Below, piece after piece: positions 13,831-27,914 of a stretch of DNA of 64,000 nucleotides (position 1 is the first letter of the stretch; every line of letters starts with the position of its first letter). Both the position numbers and the translations under genes were made by a program. Source of the DNA: Callorhinchus milii. Lineage: Eukaryota. The notes under the pieces are model-generated. The model saw nothing but the letters and a program-made list of their open reading frames with translations. It did not search any database and had not been told where the DNA came from. Where the stretch lies: assembly GCF_018977255.1 (NCBI RefSeq), contig NW_024704743.1:33110001-33174000 (forward strand). Direction: 5' to 3'.

Positions 13831-15387
13831 GCATTTCTGCTGTACTGTAAGGAGTGGACCAATGACATTAATTTATGACTGTTGCATATTCATATCTCAA
13901 ATGGAGTTATCACTCTCAAAATAGATTAGAAATAGCTAAGTTGTAGGAAAGGATGGCAGAAATTCTACAGGTGTTTGCTTATTAATACATTGAAGGCACA
14001 AATTCATATTTTACAACAATAATTAAACTTCAGTCTACATTATTGAAAATTAATTAAGATACAGTAGATTAACTGTTTTGTCATTTCTTCAAATGGTCAC
14101 ACAGATTAAAACAGACTGACATTCACATATCAGCACTTGAATTGCACTGGTGAACAAGTGTGGTCTTGCAAACTACTGTGCAATGACAGATTAATACCTG
14201 TGGGTAATAAATAGCTTTGTCATTAATAATACACAATGTGCTTCGGTTTCAGGATACCTAGGGGAATAATACAAGTCTCTTAAGTTCCAAAATGCTGTTC
14301 TATCAAATATATGCTCTGAACACATCAACACTTAAATGGCAAGCCTCTCCACAGATCCACAGTGACTGGCTAACTCAAGTTAAAGTAAGTCAGAAACTCT
14401 TCACGCAGGTTTCCATATTTCCAGTAACAGCACCTCGCTCTCTAAAAACTTTCAACTGTTTGGAGTCAGAACAGGGTGATTTGTTTCCACATTTTTTCGA
14501 GACTGAAGATCAGCTAGATAGGTTGCCTAAGGCTCTTTTGGTTCTTATCTGCTAACTGTAGTATCAGTCATTCATTTTACTTGTGCATGGGAGTGATACC
14601 AGTAACTCAAATAAACTAACCCTTTTGATTAATGCACTCCACTTTGAAGATCTGCAGTACAATTTAAGATGCAATAATCCTTAAGAGCCTTTCTAATATT
14701 ACAGCAGTGTTTCCTGACAATTACTTTACTTTTTATAAAGTACTCAATAGTAATTAAAGATAAGACCATAAGCAAGATCCAAGCCTGTTTTCGCTCTCTC
14801 CTCACTCCCCATCTCGCTCATGTCTCCGTCTTCTGATAGCAAGTGGCAAGTCTGAACTTGGTGGAATTTTTCCTCTTGAGATCAATTGTAATCTCCCAGC
14901 CAAATCTCAACAACTGTAGATGTGTTGATTTACCGCATAGTCACTGTATTTTATAGGCGAACATGCCAGCCAGTTTTGCACACAATATCCTGCAAATAGC
15001 CATGAAGAGAATGAATAACACTATCCGAGGGACTGTCTCTCCATTTTAAACATCTCTATTGAATGATTACACCATTGCAGCTTTCTGGGACAGACCATTA
15101 CACATCTTCACAACCTTCTGTGTGAAGAAATGCTTCCTGACCAGTGATCAAAAGTATGAGCTCCTGTATTTTTACCCACTTCATCTGCTGGAGCCATTTC
15201 AGTACAGCTGTAAAGCCCCAACACTATCCAATGGTTCAAATCCCCAGAATATAATAACCCTATATTTGCTAGAACGCCTTTCTTGTCAGGATATACCACA
15301 AAGTGTAATGACTATGAATTTTGTGGACAAACAGCAGCCAATTTGTGCACAATAATGTCCCACAATCTTCTAGTTCTGTATAATAAA

Positions 15388-15761
15388 GAGTCCCGTACCT
15401 TAGTGTTAGAGTACTTGCCTCGAAAGCGAGAGGACCTGGGTTCGATTCCCGGTAGGGTGAAACTTTGGGCAAGTTTCCTTCCTCTATATACCTCTGTTTA
15501 CCTAGCAGTTAGTAGGAATCCGAGTGTAAGTTGTTTGGCAGATCACTTTACCGGGGTAATAATCCCTTCACAATTTAAAAAAAAAAATAATTATTGGCTC
15601 ACTCAATCCACGACTATTTGTGGTACACTGCTGTATAATTGGCTGCCACGTTTCGCTCACAAAATATACAGTTAATTCACTTTATCGTATGTTCTGTGAA
15701 GCGCTTTGAGAAGTCTCGAAGATGTGATAAGGCACTGTATCAAATGCAAGGATTATTATTA
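15388..15761 (+). mobile_element. tRNA-derived SINE, long subfamily
   Basis: GGGTTCGATTCCCGG B box, central segment, Deu-like body and tail. Confidence 0.9.
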
Positions 15762-16329
15762 GAGGAGACAGCAAGTAATGGATTTATCCAATGAAGCATC
15801 AGGGAAGCCCTCCAAAAGAGAGGTCTGGTATTGCATTTATCCTCTTTCATTGGGCAAGACATCTTTCTATGTTCTGCGAGGAAGAGAAGAATACCATTAA
15901 GTTAACTACCTTTGTAAATTTTGAATACAAAAGATATTCTTAAAAATGTTCTCAAAAACTTATCCAACTCCAATTTCAGTCAAGTTATAAATAGTTCTTT
16001 AGAGCTTTGGCACAGCGCAAACCCAATTGATTTCACACGCTTCAAGTTACAACCAGTTACTGCAATAGCTTGGTTGTATTGTTTAATAAATACAAAGAAA
16101 AACAAAATCGATACTTTGGTTCATTTTGAGGACAAAAATAAAAGTTCAATTAATTCACAGAAATCCTTATTCAAACCAGGAAGGAAATTTACCTTCCAAT
16201 CCCTACCCTGCACCAATTGGTTTCAATGCATTCCATACAGAGTAGTAGGAGGAGAGAGGAGGTAAATGTCTGTATTCTAAACACTTCCCAAACATATTCT
16301 CAGAAAAGTTGTAGCCTGCGGCAGGCGAG

Positions 16330-16770
16330 CATGAGTCACCCCCTTCCTCGCCTGGCTCTACTGGCTCTCCAGGATAGAATTCAAAATTCTTGTCTCACTT
16401 TCAAAGCCCTTCACAGCTTTGCTCCTCCCTACGCATCATCTCTAACTCCTTACTAACCTGCCCAAACCCTCACTCAGTGGGCTCTAGCCTGTGCAATGTC
16501 CCTGCCTGCTCCACCATTGGCAACCAGGCCTGCAGCCTTTCTGCCCCTATCCTTTGGAACTCCATCCAACAATCCCTTTGCCAAGCCCCTCCCTTGCCTC
16601 TTTCAAAGACCTTCCTCTTCAACCACACCTTTGGTTATCCTCCCACCCCTACACTCTCTCCCCTCACCCCTCCTGATCCCAGTTCGGGTGCAAAGCTTTG
16701 ACTGTCCAGTGCCTTGGGATGTCCTCCCGACAGGAAAGACACTATACAAATGTAATTTGTTGTTGTTGTA
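16330..16770 (+). mobile_element. L2 3' fragment
   Basis: RIQNSCLTFKALH and APILWNSI remnants; tail GCCTTGGGATGTCCTCCCGACAGGAAAGAC...(TTG)n. Confidence 0.85.
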
Positions 16771-17234
16771 GCAGCTCAAATCAGACCGTCCAGTGCAATC
16801 CAAGGACAGCACTGATTTTCTTCCAGTAAATTCCAGAAGACGTTCATGTTTTACAATCTCAAAATGATTCTAGGATGATACCACTATCTCTGGATAATAA
16901 TAATAATACTGGCCAGTGGGATTACACTTCAGTAATGTGCATTCAAAATGTTGCTTTCAGGCAGAAGGTAAAGAATTCAAACCCCACGTCTTCTTTGAAC
17001 TTAAATGTTAATTCTATTGCTATCCTGAACTATATATCACTGGATATTTCAAATTATTAACTATTGCTAACATAAATTTAGTTTTTTTTTAAAAGAGATA
17101 CTCAAAATACAATACAATTTAATTTATACAATGCTCTTCATGTCAGAGGATGTCTCAAAATGCTTTGGGAGACACGAAGCAGGTCAGTGTTTGCTGAGTA
17201 AAGGGATCGGCCGGGTCGATGGCATAAAGTGCCA

Positions 17235-17950
17235 AAATGGTATGTATGTTGGGTCATAATACTTCCATGTCAGGAGAACATCTTAAAGGCCTTCATAGAA
17301 TATATTGTGTAATGACTGCATTTTGTAAGCGAATGTGGCAGCCAATTTGCACACAGCAATATCTCATAACCAGCCATGAAGTGAATAACCAATTTTACTT
17401 GGGGGATTTGTTGGCCAGAACACCAGGATAAATTCCATATTCTTTTCAAATAGTGCCATGGAATCTTTAATGTTCACCTGAACAGGCAGACGGGACCTCG
17501 GTTTTAAGGTGGAGTCCTGTAGCTCAGTGGTTAGAGCACTCGCTTTGCAAGTGAGAGACCTGAGTTCAATTCCAGGCAGAGGGCGAAACCTTGGGCAAGT
17601 TTCCTTACTCCACACGCCTAATAATAATCCCTCCAAAAACAAAAACAATAATAAATTGGTCATTTTCAATCTTCGACTATTTGTGGGACATTGCTGTACG
17701 GAATTGGCTGCCGCGTTCGCCCACAAATATGCAGTCAATTCACTTTACAGTATATTCTGTGAAGCGCTTTGGGACGTCTAGAAGACGTAAAAAGCGCTAT
17801 ATCAAATGCAAGGATTATTATTAATAGTATAACGTCTTATCCGAAGGACAGTACTTCCAAGAAAGCAGCACACCCAAGCACTACATTGGAGTGCCAGCCT
17901 CGACTGCGAGTTCAAAGACCAATGTGGGGTTTTGAACCCACAACCTTCTG
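17235..17950 (-). mobile_element. Older Deu-domain SINE split by the young SINE at 17509-17823
   Basis: Host sequence ...CCTCGGTTTTAA | AACGTCTTATCCGAAGGACAG resumes on the other side of the insert. Confidence 0.82.
17509..17823 (+). mobile_element. tRNA(Ala)-derived SINE, short subfamily (SINE2-1_CM-like), nested in an older SINE
   Basis: Head GTGGAGTCCTGTAGCTCAGTGGTTAGAGC (A box)...GAGTTCAATTCC (B box), body TGTGGGACATTGCTG...AATTGGCTGCCGCG, stem-loop tail and (TTA)n. Confidence 0.93.
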
Positions 17951-17994
17951 ATTAAAAAGCACCTCCACACGTCAGGCCAAGGATGCACATTCCA

Positions 17995-18745
17995 CCTTAC
18001 GAAGCCAGTCCGGAACCTTAGTGTCTTGTTTGACCCTCATCTGTCCTTTCCATCTCACATCTGCGCCATGACCCGCTCTGCCTTCTCTCACTTCAGCAAC
18101 ATCACCCGGCTCTGCCACTGTCTCACACCGCAGGCCACCAAAATCCTAATACACGCATTAATAACATCCAGGCTCGACTATGCAAACTCCCTGCTTGTCG
18201 GCCTCCCCAACTCCTCCCTCCACAAGCTGCAGATCATCCAGAACTCTGCAGCCCGTGTCCTCTCCCGCACCAGGCTCTGTGATCCTATCACCCCCATCCT
18301 TGCCCGATTCCACTGACTTCCATTCACACAGAGGATACAATTCAAGATCCTGGTCCCCATTTTCAAAGCCCTCCATGGCCTTGCTTCTCCTACCTCTTCA
18401 AACTCCTAACCCCTTACCAACCTGCCCTGCCCATTCCCTCCGCTCAGCGGGCTCCAACCTGCTTCACGTCCCCCACCTGCCCCACCATTGGCGGGCGGGC
18501 CTTCTGTCACTCTGCCCCACCCTCTGGAACTCCATCCCGCAGTCCTTGCACCTCGCCCTCTCCCTTGCCTCCTTCAAGACCAGTCTCACGACCCTTCTCT
18601 TCAATCTGCCTTCGGTCACCCTCCTTCCCAACCTGCCCTCCACCCTCCCTGATACCGACCCTCAACTCGGGTCCACAACATTGATTTCCAGCGCCTTGGG
18701 ATATCCTCCTGAGGTGAAAGGCACCATACAAATGTAACTGTTGTT
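17995..18745 (+). mobile_element. L2-clade LINE 3' fragment with tail
   Basis: FDPHLSFPSHI...LIHALITSRLDYANSLLVGLP...LHKLQIIQNSAARVL...PITPILARFH, ending in the AGCGCCTTGGGA...GTGAAAGGCAC stem-loop and TTG. Confidence 0.93.
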
Positions 18746-19724
18746 TTTACAAACAGCACAGCCAGGCTGACATACATAGTGGGATTCATAATACACTCTA
18801 TAATTGTAGGAAAGGGAAAACAGAGGGGAAAGAAGTTCTGAAATAGGAGTGAAAATACATTCAGCAGAGATTCTCATTTACAGGAACCTAGGTGTCAAGA
18901 TTTCCAATTTGGATAAGCAACCTTTACAGTATACCCGTATCTATTCCAACCAGAAAAAGACACCAATTCAGGTTGTAAAAGAATTAACACTGAATAATAA
19001 TAACAATAATAATCACCAAAGTACCAGCTGCTTTACAGCATATTTATTAAATATTTCTGTATTCAATGTGAAAGCAATGTGCACAACTGTGACCTTGAAG
19101 TGATATTAACTAGTCCTGAATACAAAAAGCTCCTTTCCCGACCCTCAACGGTAAACAAGTTTCTTATGTAAAATGCATAGGATAAGGTACTGGAAGGGGT
19201 TTCCGTGAAAGATTTATAACAAAAACACAACTCTAATTACACAAAGTAAAAGATACACAAAGCAAAAGAGTAGAACTATTTGTCTGAGAAAATCTGTCTG
19301 GCCCAGCTTGTAATGAAAGTAGATACCTGTAACAACTAAACAATAAAGCTAGCACCTATTCAATGAAAATCTGTTGGAAGAGAACATGCCTGTGCATGCA
19401 TTTCAAGATTACAAAAGACCAGTCTATAACCAATATTCAGCCCTGATCTGGCATGTCTCTTAACAAGCATCAAAGACTTTACAACTTCACACGGCTCAAT
19501 CTTAGAAATCCTAGACAATGGGAAGAACACAGAAACTGGTCTTGCTCATTTGGTTCAGTATACTAAACAAAGATTTTACTCTTCAATTACATTTTGTGCT
19601 GGAAAGTTTAATAGAGCACACCCAGGATCTTGGCCTTAAAGGGCTCAATATCAATTCTGTGTATGCAGAACATTACTCCTGCCAAGACAGCAGTTGTGAA
19701 CCAGAAAATTTTAACCCATGTTAA

Positions 19725-20420
19725 AAGCGAAGAGTGCTAAAGAACCGTAGTGCAAACAGGCTGGGGAGGGTAAAGATGACAGAAAGCATAATCAAAGAGG
19801 CAAGTCTTGAGACATGCCTTGGAGAGGGGAGAGGTACAGAGACGATGGCACTCTGGGATGGAGATCCAGAGAGCGGGGCAAAATGCCCTCGACAACCGAT
19901 AGCGGGGTCGAAATGACAGTGGACATGAAGCAGGCCAGTGTCCATTTGGTGAAGGGAGCAGCCCAAAGAATACTGTTTGAGGATGGAGAAGAGGTAGGGT
20001 GGGCCAGGCAAAACTGTGGAGGGATTTATAGGTAAGGTGAGAACAAAGATCGCAACTCAATCTCCTGGGGGATGGGGTAATCCAGTGGATCCAAACAAGG
20101 GTGACAGACTGCAGTCTAATGGCGGGAGAGGACACGGACTGGAGGGTTGTAGATAGTCTTGGTGGTCCATGGGAAAAGGTAGTGGTAGAGGCACATAATT
20201 TTCAGAGGTGGGGGAAAGCTTAGCCAGTAAGAGCACAGATGTGAGGTCTGAAGGGCATTTGGGTGTCAAGTTACAGGATCTGCATCACCTCTGTGAGATG
20301 GAGTGTGCGTGCATGCATGTTGATGCCATCAGCTCCTGAGGTGAGAAGTTGCTGATGGGAGTAATCTTGTAGTTGTTTAACTGAAGAAATGCTGAGATCC
20401 ATCATCTAGAAGCCTTGTAA
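19725..20420 (-). mobile_element. Degraded L2 fragment
   Basis: Minus strand contains IHWIT, LTYKSLH, RAFCPALWISIP and KACLKTCLFDYAF remnants. Confidence 0.75.
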
Positions 20421-21804
20421 GCAAGGCAGTGCTACAATAGAGGACATTATGACTCCCGTATTTAAAGTGTGAAATTTGCCAAATCCAGTGCTACTGTATT
20501 AGAGAAGCTGGCAAAATATATCTTGCACTTTAAGCTGTTAAGAATAGTGTTTTCATGCATCATAACTGACATATTTAATTCTTGCTGACACATTATTGTT
20601 TGGGTATTGAGTTGTGAACAGTGAGGTGGGAGATTGACACAAGTATAATTAATATAAAGTTCATCATATAAAATCACTTGGAACCGATTTTCACTGTAAA
20701 AGATCATTGAACTTTCAAATCAAATTTCAAGAAAAGCATTACATTACCGGGCATGAAAAAGCCACTATAATATAATAATCCTTGCATTTGATATAGTGCT
20801 TACAACATCAAAACATCTTAAAGTCTTTGTAGTAGTTATTACAACAATTTTTTAACACTGCACTGGAGTGTCCATCTAGGCTATGAGCTCAAAATCAACG
20901 ACATGATGATTAGACCCACAAACTTGAGCCTGAGGCAACTGTTATGCCAACTGAGCATAGCAACTCTATTCTCTATTGTAGCTCTGAGTTAAACTGACAC
21001 ATACCATTTAATACTTCCAAGAAGTTTAAATCTTCTTCTAGCCAAGAAAGATGGCAGGTAACCTGTTAACACGGTGATTTGACTCCATATACCCTTTCAG
21101 TGGGGGGGGGGGGGGGCGGAGGGGTTGATGTCTGTACACCCGCATGCACAACATGGGATTTAAACCCACAACCTCTTGAAAGAGAGGCGATAGTGCTACC
21201 AACTGAGTCAGGCTGACCCCTGTGCACTTGAGAATGCATCATTATCCACGGTCATTTGTTTAACTACAATCCAATGGGAAGAACTACAGTCCATCAGCAA
21301 TTTTCTATTTTATTGAGGGAATGTTTTTCTTTAAAAGGTCTTCCTCAGTTTTCCCTTCCCTCAAATCCATCACTTAAAGCAACCACAACAACTTACATTT
21401 TTATAGCGCCCTTCATGCAGGGTGGCACCATTCCCAGCCTCGAAGGCTTCCAGACCACTTAATTGGTGCACAAAGTGGCATGGGTTCTCCATTTTTTTCT
21501 ATCTAGAGTTAAACACCTAACCTTTGGTGCGTCTCAACAATAGTGGAGCTGGCTTCAGTAATTCACCAGGTGGAGAATGGTGGCAATGTTCCAGAATTCT
21601 AGCAATCCATTACCCACTTGAACTATAAAGCATACAAAACAAGCATTCAAATTTCACTTACTTTTATTAAATGTCTTGACAATATGAAAGAAAGTAACCT
21701 AACCTTTAGCAGCTTACTAGGAACAATTCCACCCAGTATCAGATGGTGCACTGCATTTGAGTTAAAATGCTGTGCTGCTGACCTAAAAAATTCCAAGCTG
21801 TAAG

Positions 21805-22100
21805 TAATAATACTTGCATTCGATATAGTCCCTTTTCACACCTTCTGGACTTCTCAAAGCGTTTCACAGAATATACTGTAAAGTGAACGGACTGTGTTTT
21901 GTGGGCGAAACGCAGCAGCCAATTGCACACAGCGGTGTCCCACAAACAGTAGTGGATTGAGTGACCAATTTATTATTATTATTTTTTGAAGGGATTATTA
22001 CCCTCAGAAATGCGATCTGTCAATCGACTAACGGCCGGATTCCTATTTGCTGCTAGGTAAACAGAGGTGTGTGGAGTAAGGAAACTTGCCCAACGTTTCA
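21805..22100 (-). mobile_element. tRNA-derived SINE, long subfamily (head missing)
   Basis: Reverse-complement family match. Confidence 0.9.
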
Positions 22101-22899
22101 CTTAACAAATAGCAAAACACTATTTAGACATAGAATGACTGGGACAAGTGCCATACAAGCACTAAATTTGGTATACACAACCTTCAAGTGTTTTATTTAT
22201 ATATGCAGCTATTCAAATTTTCATAATGAAGCAAATGTCACCATTCAGTACATAATGATTTCTCTCCCTCTGAGTTCTTGGTAAATCTGTATGTGGAATA
22301 AAGGAGGCACAAAATTTGTGGGTTTTGTTTAAATTCCTAATGGCCCAAGCACAACATCAAAAGAAAGAATATCCCATATAATCACATGATTCCTCCTATT
22401 TTTCAACAATCTTTAAGAATAGTGTCACACTTCACTGTCTTTAGTCAAAGGTGCACTTTGGTTCTGTACACATCATCATCCCTTTGCCACACCCGACAAT
22501 TCAAAAGATTATTCAGACATTTTCAAATATTGGTACAGTAAAAAAAGCATTACTCAACCTATAGTAAGCCAAAAATATTATTCAACATTTCCTCATACGT
22601 TATCATTATGTTCCAGATCTGTCTTTCTGAGCTGCTCACAATGAAACTAAACAATAGATTCATGACCCCCTTCTCTTCTGAGTCGGATATTGCTAGCAAG
22701 TCAAATCGTATCCTGGTAAGTAAACAGTGTGAAGTATCTTTAAGGTGAAGTAGTGCTGACATTTTCACTTCAGTAAGATTTTCCAATTATAAACAATCTT
22801 GTAACCTGCCGCTGAATTCTGATCGTGGATCCAGAGAAAGAAAAAGATTTAACTAAATCCAAAAAGTGCTCTTGCAGCACTTCCTCATATCTGCGCCAC

Positions 22900-23612
22900 A
22901 GCTGGCACTGCCTTCCATCACCTCCGAAACATCACCAGACTACGGCACTACCTCACCCCTCACGCTGCTGAAACTCTGGTCCACGCTTTTATCACCTCAA
23001 GGCTGGACTATGGGAACTCTCTCCTCGCCGGCCTTCCTGGCACCTCCCTCCACAAGCTGCAGGTCATTCAGAACTCTGCAGCTCGTGTACTGTCCCGCAC
23101 CAGGCTTCGGGACCACATCACTCCCACCCTCGCTCGCCTCCACTGGCTCCCCATCCCCCAGAGGATCGAATTCAAGATCCTCATCCTCAGCTACAAGGCC
23201 ATTCACGGCCTTGCTCCCTTCCTACCTCTCCGACCTACTATCCCCCTACCTACCTGCTCGTACCCTCCGTTCCTCTGGCTCCGGTCTGCTCCACATCCCC
23301 CGCCCCAACCGCCCTACCATCGGTGGCCAGGCCTTCAGCCTCTCAGCCCAGAGGCTCTGGAACTCCATCCCCCAGTGCCTTCGCCGCCTCCTCCCTTTCC
23401 TCCTTCAAGGCCGGTCTCAAGACCTTTCTCTTTGACTGTGCCTTCAGCTCCCCTCTCGACTCTCTAACCCCTCTTCGCTCCCTCCCTTCCCTCCCCTCAC
23501 CCTGACCATTTCCCCCCAATGCTCGGGTCCTGACCCAACTGTCCAGCGCCTTGGGACGTCCTCCGATGTGAAAGGCGCTCTATAAATGAAATCTTGTTGT
23601 TGCTGTTGTTGT
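22900..23612 (+). mobile_element. Young L2-clade LINE 3' fragment with tail
   Basis: LVHAFITSRLDYGNSLL...LQVIQNSAARVL...HITPTLARLHWLPIPQRIEFKIL. The 3' UTR is near-identical to 46625-46826 and ends in a stem-loop plus (TTG)n. Confidence 0.94.
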
Positions 23613-23777
23613 TAAAGCTGAGAAGAGGAAACAACCCTCTCCAGTGAAGTGCAGAAATTCTGAATATACTAATATCTTGCTCAGAATCAGTCCACTTACC
23701 CAGATCCAAAAAGATTTGTGAATTAGAACCATGGACTGTGTAAAAGAACATTCCTCACAGTGAAAGAGAAAATCAAC

Positions 23778-23905
23778 AACAACAAATTACATTTGTATAA
23801 TAATAATAAAGTGCCTTTCATGTAAGGGGGATATCCCAAGGCGCTGGCAGTCAGGGAACCACACCCGAGCTGGTGGTTGGGATCAGGAAGGGTGAAGGGC
23901 AGGGA
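23778..23905 (-). mobile_element. L2 3' tail fragment, tail-to-tail with 22900-23612
   Basis: (CAA)n ATTACATTTGTATA...GCCTTTCA...ATCCCAAGGCGCTGG is the reverse complement of the L2 tail. Confidence 0.8.
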
Positions 23906-26900
23906 CTGTTTTTCAAGTTGACAGGATGTCTCAGGTTCCATCCTTCAGATGAGTCATGTAACCGAGGTCCTGTCGGCCTGTTTAGGTGGAGGTTGAAGAG
24001 GTCAAAGCACTATACGAAAAGAGAATGTGGTTTCTTCCAGAGTCCTGGTCACAAATCCCCAAATAAGGTTGGTCATTAACTCCATGACTATTTGTGAGAC
24101 ACTGGTGAGCAAAACTGCCTACAAAATACACAGTAATTAGACTTTGCAGTGTATTATGTGAAGTGCTTTGAGATATCAATGACACGATGAGGTGCTATAT
24201 CAAATGTATGAATGATTTTTATTTACTGTAAAGATTATTTTGTAGGTAAATGTTGACCTCAGATTGGCAGAGAAATCACTGTACAGATTCAGGTGTATGC
24301 AAATCATGCAACTTGTGGTTGATTTTGGAGGAGGAATGGCAGGCATGAGTGGCTCATTGGAAACAAATCACTTGAGGAAAGGACAAAGAAAAGTTTATTT
24401 CCATCTGGCAATTTCTGACAGCTATTGTAAATTCTGCACAGGGTGGGACCAGGATTTCCAATTGACAGGGTGATCTCTTGCTGCAGAATCACAATACTCG
24501 AAGAGAAGTGAGTGAATTCTGCACACGTGTCCTGTTTGGGCATGCAAGACTTGCAGCCATTATTCCCTCCAGACTATAACTGGAAATTCCCTCGTCTGCA
24601 GCTTCAGTGCTATTTTCTGCTTCCACATTAATAGTAAAGTGCAATACATGCCTGCAACAATCTGCAGGGTTTATCAGATCATAGAGAATCAATGTTTTTC
24701 TCAACACTGACATTCCTCAACACGATGACCACAAAAATTAATCCAAAAAATGCTTTGGAAAAAATCAATTATCAGTGATGTCGCTACATTACACAATCTG
24801 GAAGTTCCTTGTTCAAGGACCACTTGCAGAAGCAATTAGGTTTTCAGAACAGGAGATGAACTAGGCATAGCTGAATTTCCTTTAAAAACATAAATTGTCT
24901 CTTATTCTATTCTTCCTGGGAAAAGAGACCAGACAGATTACTTGTACTGTCTCCACAAAACATTCATACCTTTGATTCCTTGGTGCATAACAATGGACAC
25001 CTACTGGAAACTTAACTGGTGCAAAACATCGACCACGACCAATATAACTACACCTAGGATTTGCAAAAAGTTAATGTCTGGGACTAATCTACTGCGATAT
25101 ACAATGAACATAACATGATTGCTGTTAAAATCTAGAAGAAAGAACAAAATTGGATTTCCATAGTACCTCATGATTTCGAAATAAATAAAAGTGCTTTAGG
25201 GCAAAAGGTTAGATTAGATCTTTGGTTTAAACACATCATCCAAAGGATGGCACTGCCAACAAAGCAGCACTCCTTTGCTTTCTTCTTTCTCCTGTGTTTC
25301 ACTCTAATCTACTTCTTCCTGCTGCTGGTTCCATCTGAACAGATTTTTATTCTTTAACATTAGTAACAATAATTTCCTTGTGCTTATAGTGGAAGATGGA
25401 AGCTTCTTGATTGGAATGCATATGCATTCACCAAACACTCCCTCTTTTTAAAGAGTGTAATGAAAATGATCATAATGCTATGTCTTAGAAGTGCATAAGA
25501 ACTAACCCACCTTCAGCAGTAGGCTTGTAAAAGGCGTACAAAAAATGGTACACTGAACGGCAGGTTCTGTGCAATTTTCTAATTTTATGAAGGACACTAT
25601 TCTTTTAATTTATGGAAAATCTAATCATTTTGAAAATGCCCATAACTTACAATAAGTACACACAATCCTAAAATCAAATCTCGCGACAAAAATATGCAGT
25701 CCAGTAACCCAATTTAATTTCGTAAAATATAAATACTTGCATTTTCATACTGCCAAGAAGGAATGTCTCAAAATATTTCACACAATGAGTTAATTTGAAG
25801 TGCACTGCCTATTATGTAGGCAAACGTGGCAGCTAATCTGTACCAACAACATCAATCAATTCTATAAAGATCAATTGTTGTCCCTACTGCATCAGTTCAA
25901 GATCATTCAAGATCAAATCCCTTGCTGTAACTTTCAGTCCTCAATAAGAGACATACAGTCATGAATGTTCTATCCCCACAGTGATTTAAATACTGGAAGA
26001 ATGCAAGCAACTTAGATTAGGAAATGCAGTATCAGTTAAGATTGGGTGATACAGTACAACACTGTTCTATTGTCATCAAGACCTGGTTTGGAATCGAGAT
26101 AACTGTATCTAGATGGAAGTACAGTACTTGGTTTCTGTTGGATACAAGTAACCTGTATGGAATGATAAAGCATCTAAAACTTAATTCTTAGCACATACAA
26201 CACAGAACAATGAGGACAGGAAGCAGAACAACAATAAGGTAACTTTTTGGGGGGTGGGGGGAGGGGGGGAATGTAGCAGTACTCCAGTAGTTTCTTCTAG
26301 ACCCTCAGCAATATATGGTGCATGTATGTAATCTTGATTCAGGCACAGGATAAAAGGTGTATAAATTTCCTGATGATACTAAATGAAGAGACATTGCAAA
26401 TAGCTAGATTTGAGAGGGCGAGAGGGGGAGGGGGGGGGGGGCAGGGATAGAAGAGGGGAAAAAGAAAAGAGGATAAGCATCAGTATATAAGGCTGCTGAG
26501 CCATTGCAGTTTAAGGGATATGTGGAAAATAAATGAAATGTGATGAAATCCTGAAATTGTATTGTTCTCCCTGGAAATACAGCCAAAGGTGACATATCGA
26601 AAAGATCCTTTTGTAGCTCAGTCATTCATTTTTGCAAATGGAGAAATAGGGCCCACTATTAGTGATGTAATGATTCCATTTAGGGGGATTAGAAGTTTGA
26701 GCTATCATCAGTTCAGTGCTACTGCTCTCATCCAATACAATTGAATCATGTTCCTGCTCTGCACACAGAATGCAAATGTCTGCAGTACGCCTCTGCACAA
26801 TCACTGCATTCGAAAGGACAGTAAATACAGCAACCATTCTAACCTGAGTTTCCCCCCCGATTAAAAAAAGCCTCAAAATGATTTTTGGAATGCTTCAGAT

Positions 26901-27390
26901 CCATCAATTTTTTGGAAAGCACTTTAAAAAGAATGTAAGCTATTTCCAAACATGAATATGTTTATGACAGGCACCCAAAATTTCTCGTTGTCAGGCTGTA
27001 AGCCATTGTCTTAAAAAGCAAGATTGGGCAGTGTTTTAACATTTTGTTGAATCTGAGCCAGTTTTCCACAGTTCTTGAAACATTCCGCAGAACCCAGGTT
27101 TCAAAACACACCCAGTGATATTGAGAGATCCCGGCCTGCCCAAAAGATGGCCCACAAGCTTTCAAGCAACCGCAGATGTGTGACTGGATTTTTATACTGC
27201 AACTCGCACTGCCACTGAAACCACATCCTCCAAGGCAGCACGGACACAGCTCCAATATGATTCAACCCCGATTTGGCAGAACAAGTACAGAATTAGAATT
27301 GTAAGACAAACGCCAACATTAAATGGATTGAAAAATAATTACCTCAATCCAATGATTGAAGCTTTTTTTAAATTACTTTCACCAATAAAT

Positions 27391-27678
27391 GTGGAGTCAT
27401 GTAGCTCAGTGGTTAGAGCACGCGCTTCGCAAGCGAGAGACCTGGAAAGACCTTGGGCAAGTTTTCCTTACTCCACATGCCTGATAATAATCCCTCAGGA
27501 AAAAAAAAATAATAATTTGGTCACTCAATCCACAATTGTTTGTGGATCATTGCAGTGCACAATTGGCTGCCGCATTTTGCCCACAAATATAGTCAATTCA
27601 CTTTACAGTATATTCTGTGAAGTGCTTTGAGACATCTTGAAGACATGAAAAGAGCTATATCAAATGCAAGAATTATTA
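27391..27678 (+). mobile_element. tRNA-derived SINE, short subfamily (B box deleted)
   Basis: Same head, body and tail, but GAGACCTGG joins directly to ACCTTGGGCAAG. Confidence 0.9.
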
Positions 27679-27914
27679 TATATATAAAAATCATAATATT
27701 TCCGTCTTGGTGTTTTAAGTACACGTGACTCTGACCAGTTCTCTGACCAAAGGCAATTGAAATATTTTCCTTTTGAAAAACTACACAAAAAGCTGTGAAT
27801 TTCAGATCTCATTCAAACCAATAAGGAGCAGCTGGACACAGACCCACAGAGATGAAGATATAAATATAAATCACTCAAAAATGCTCCAATTTGTTCTTTA
27901 AGAAGAAGTAAAAA

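Noticed and set aside
23700..23732. Possible alternative CARMIL1 first exon (MVLIHKSFWIW|gtaagt, phase 0)
   Set aside because: GTAAGT occurs by chance every few kb, the peptide is unrecognised, there are no promoter features, and it sits between two L2 tails. It would need RNA-seq support.
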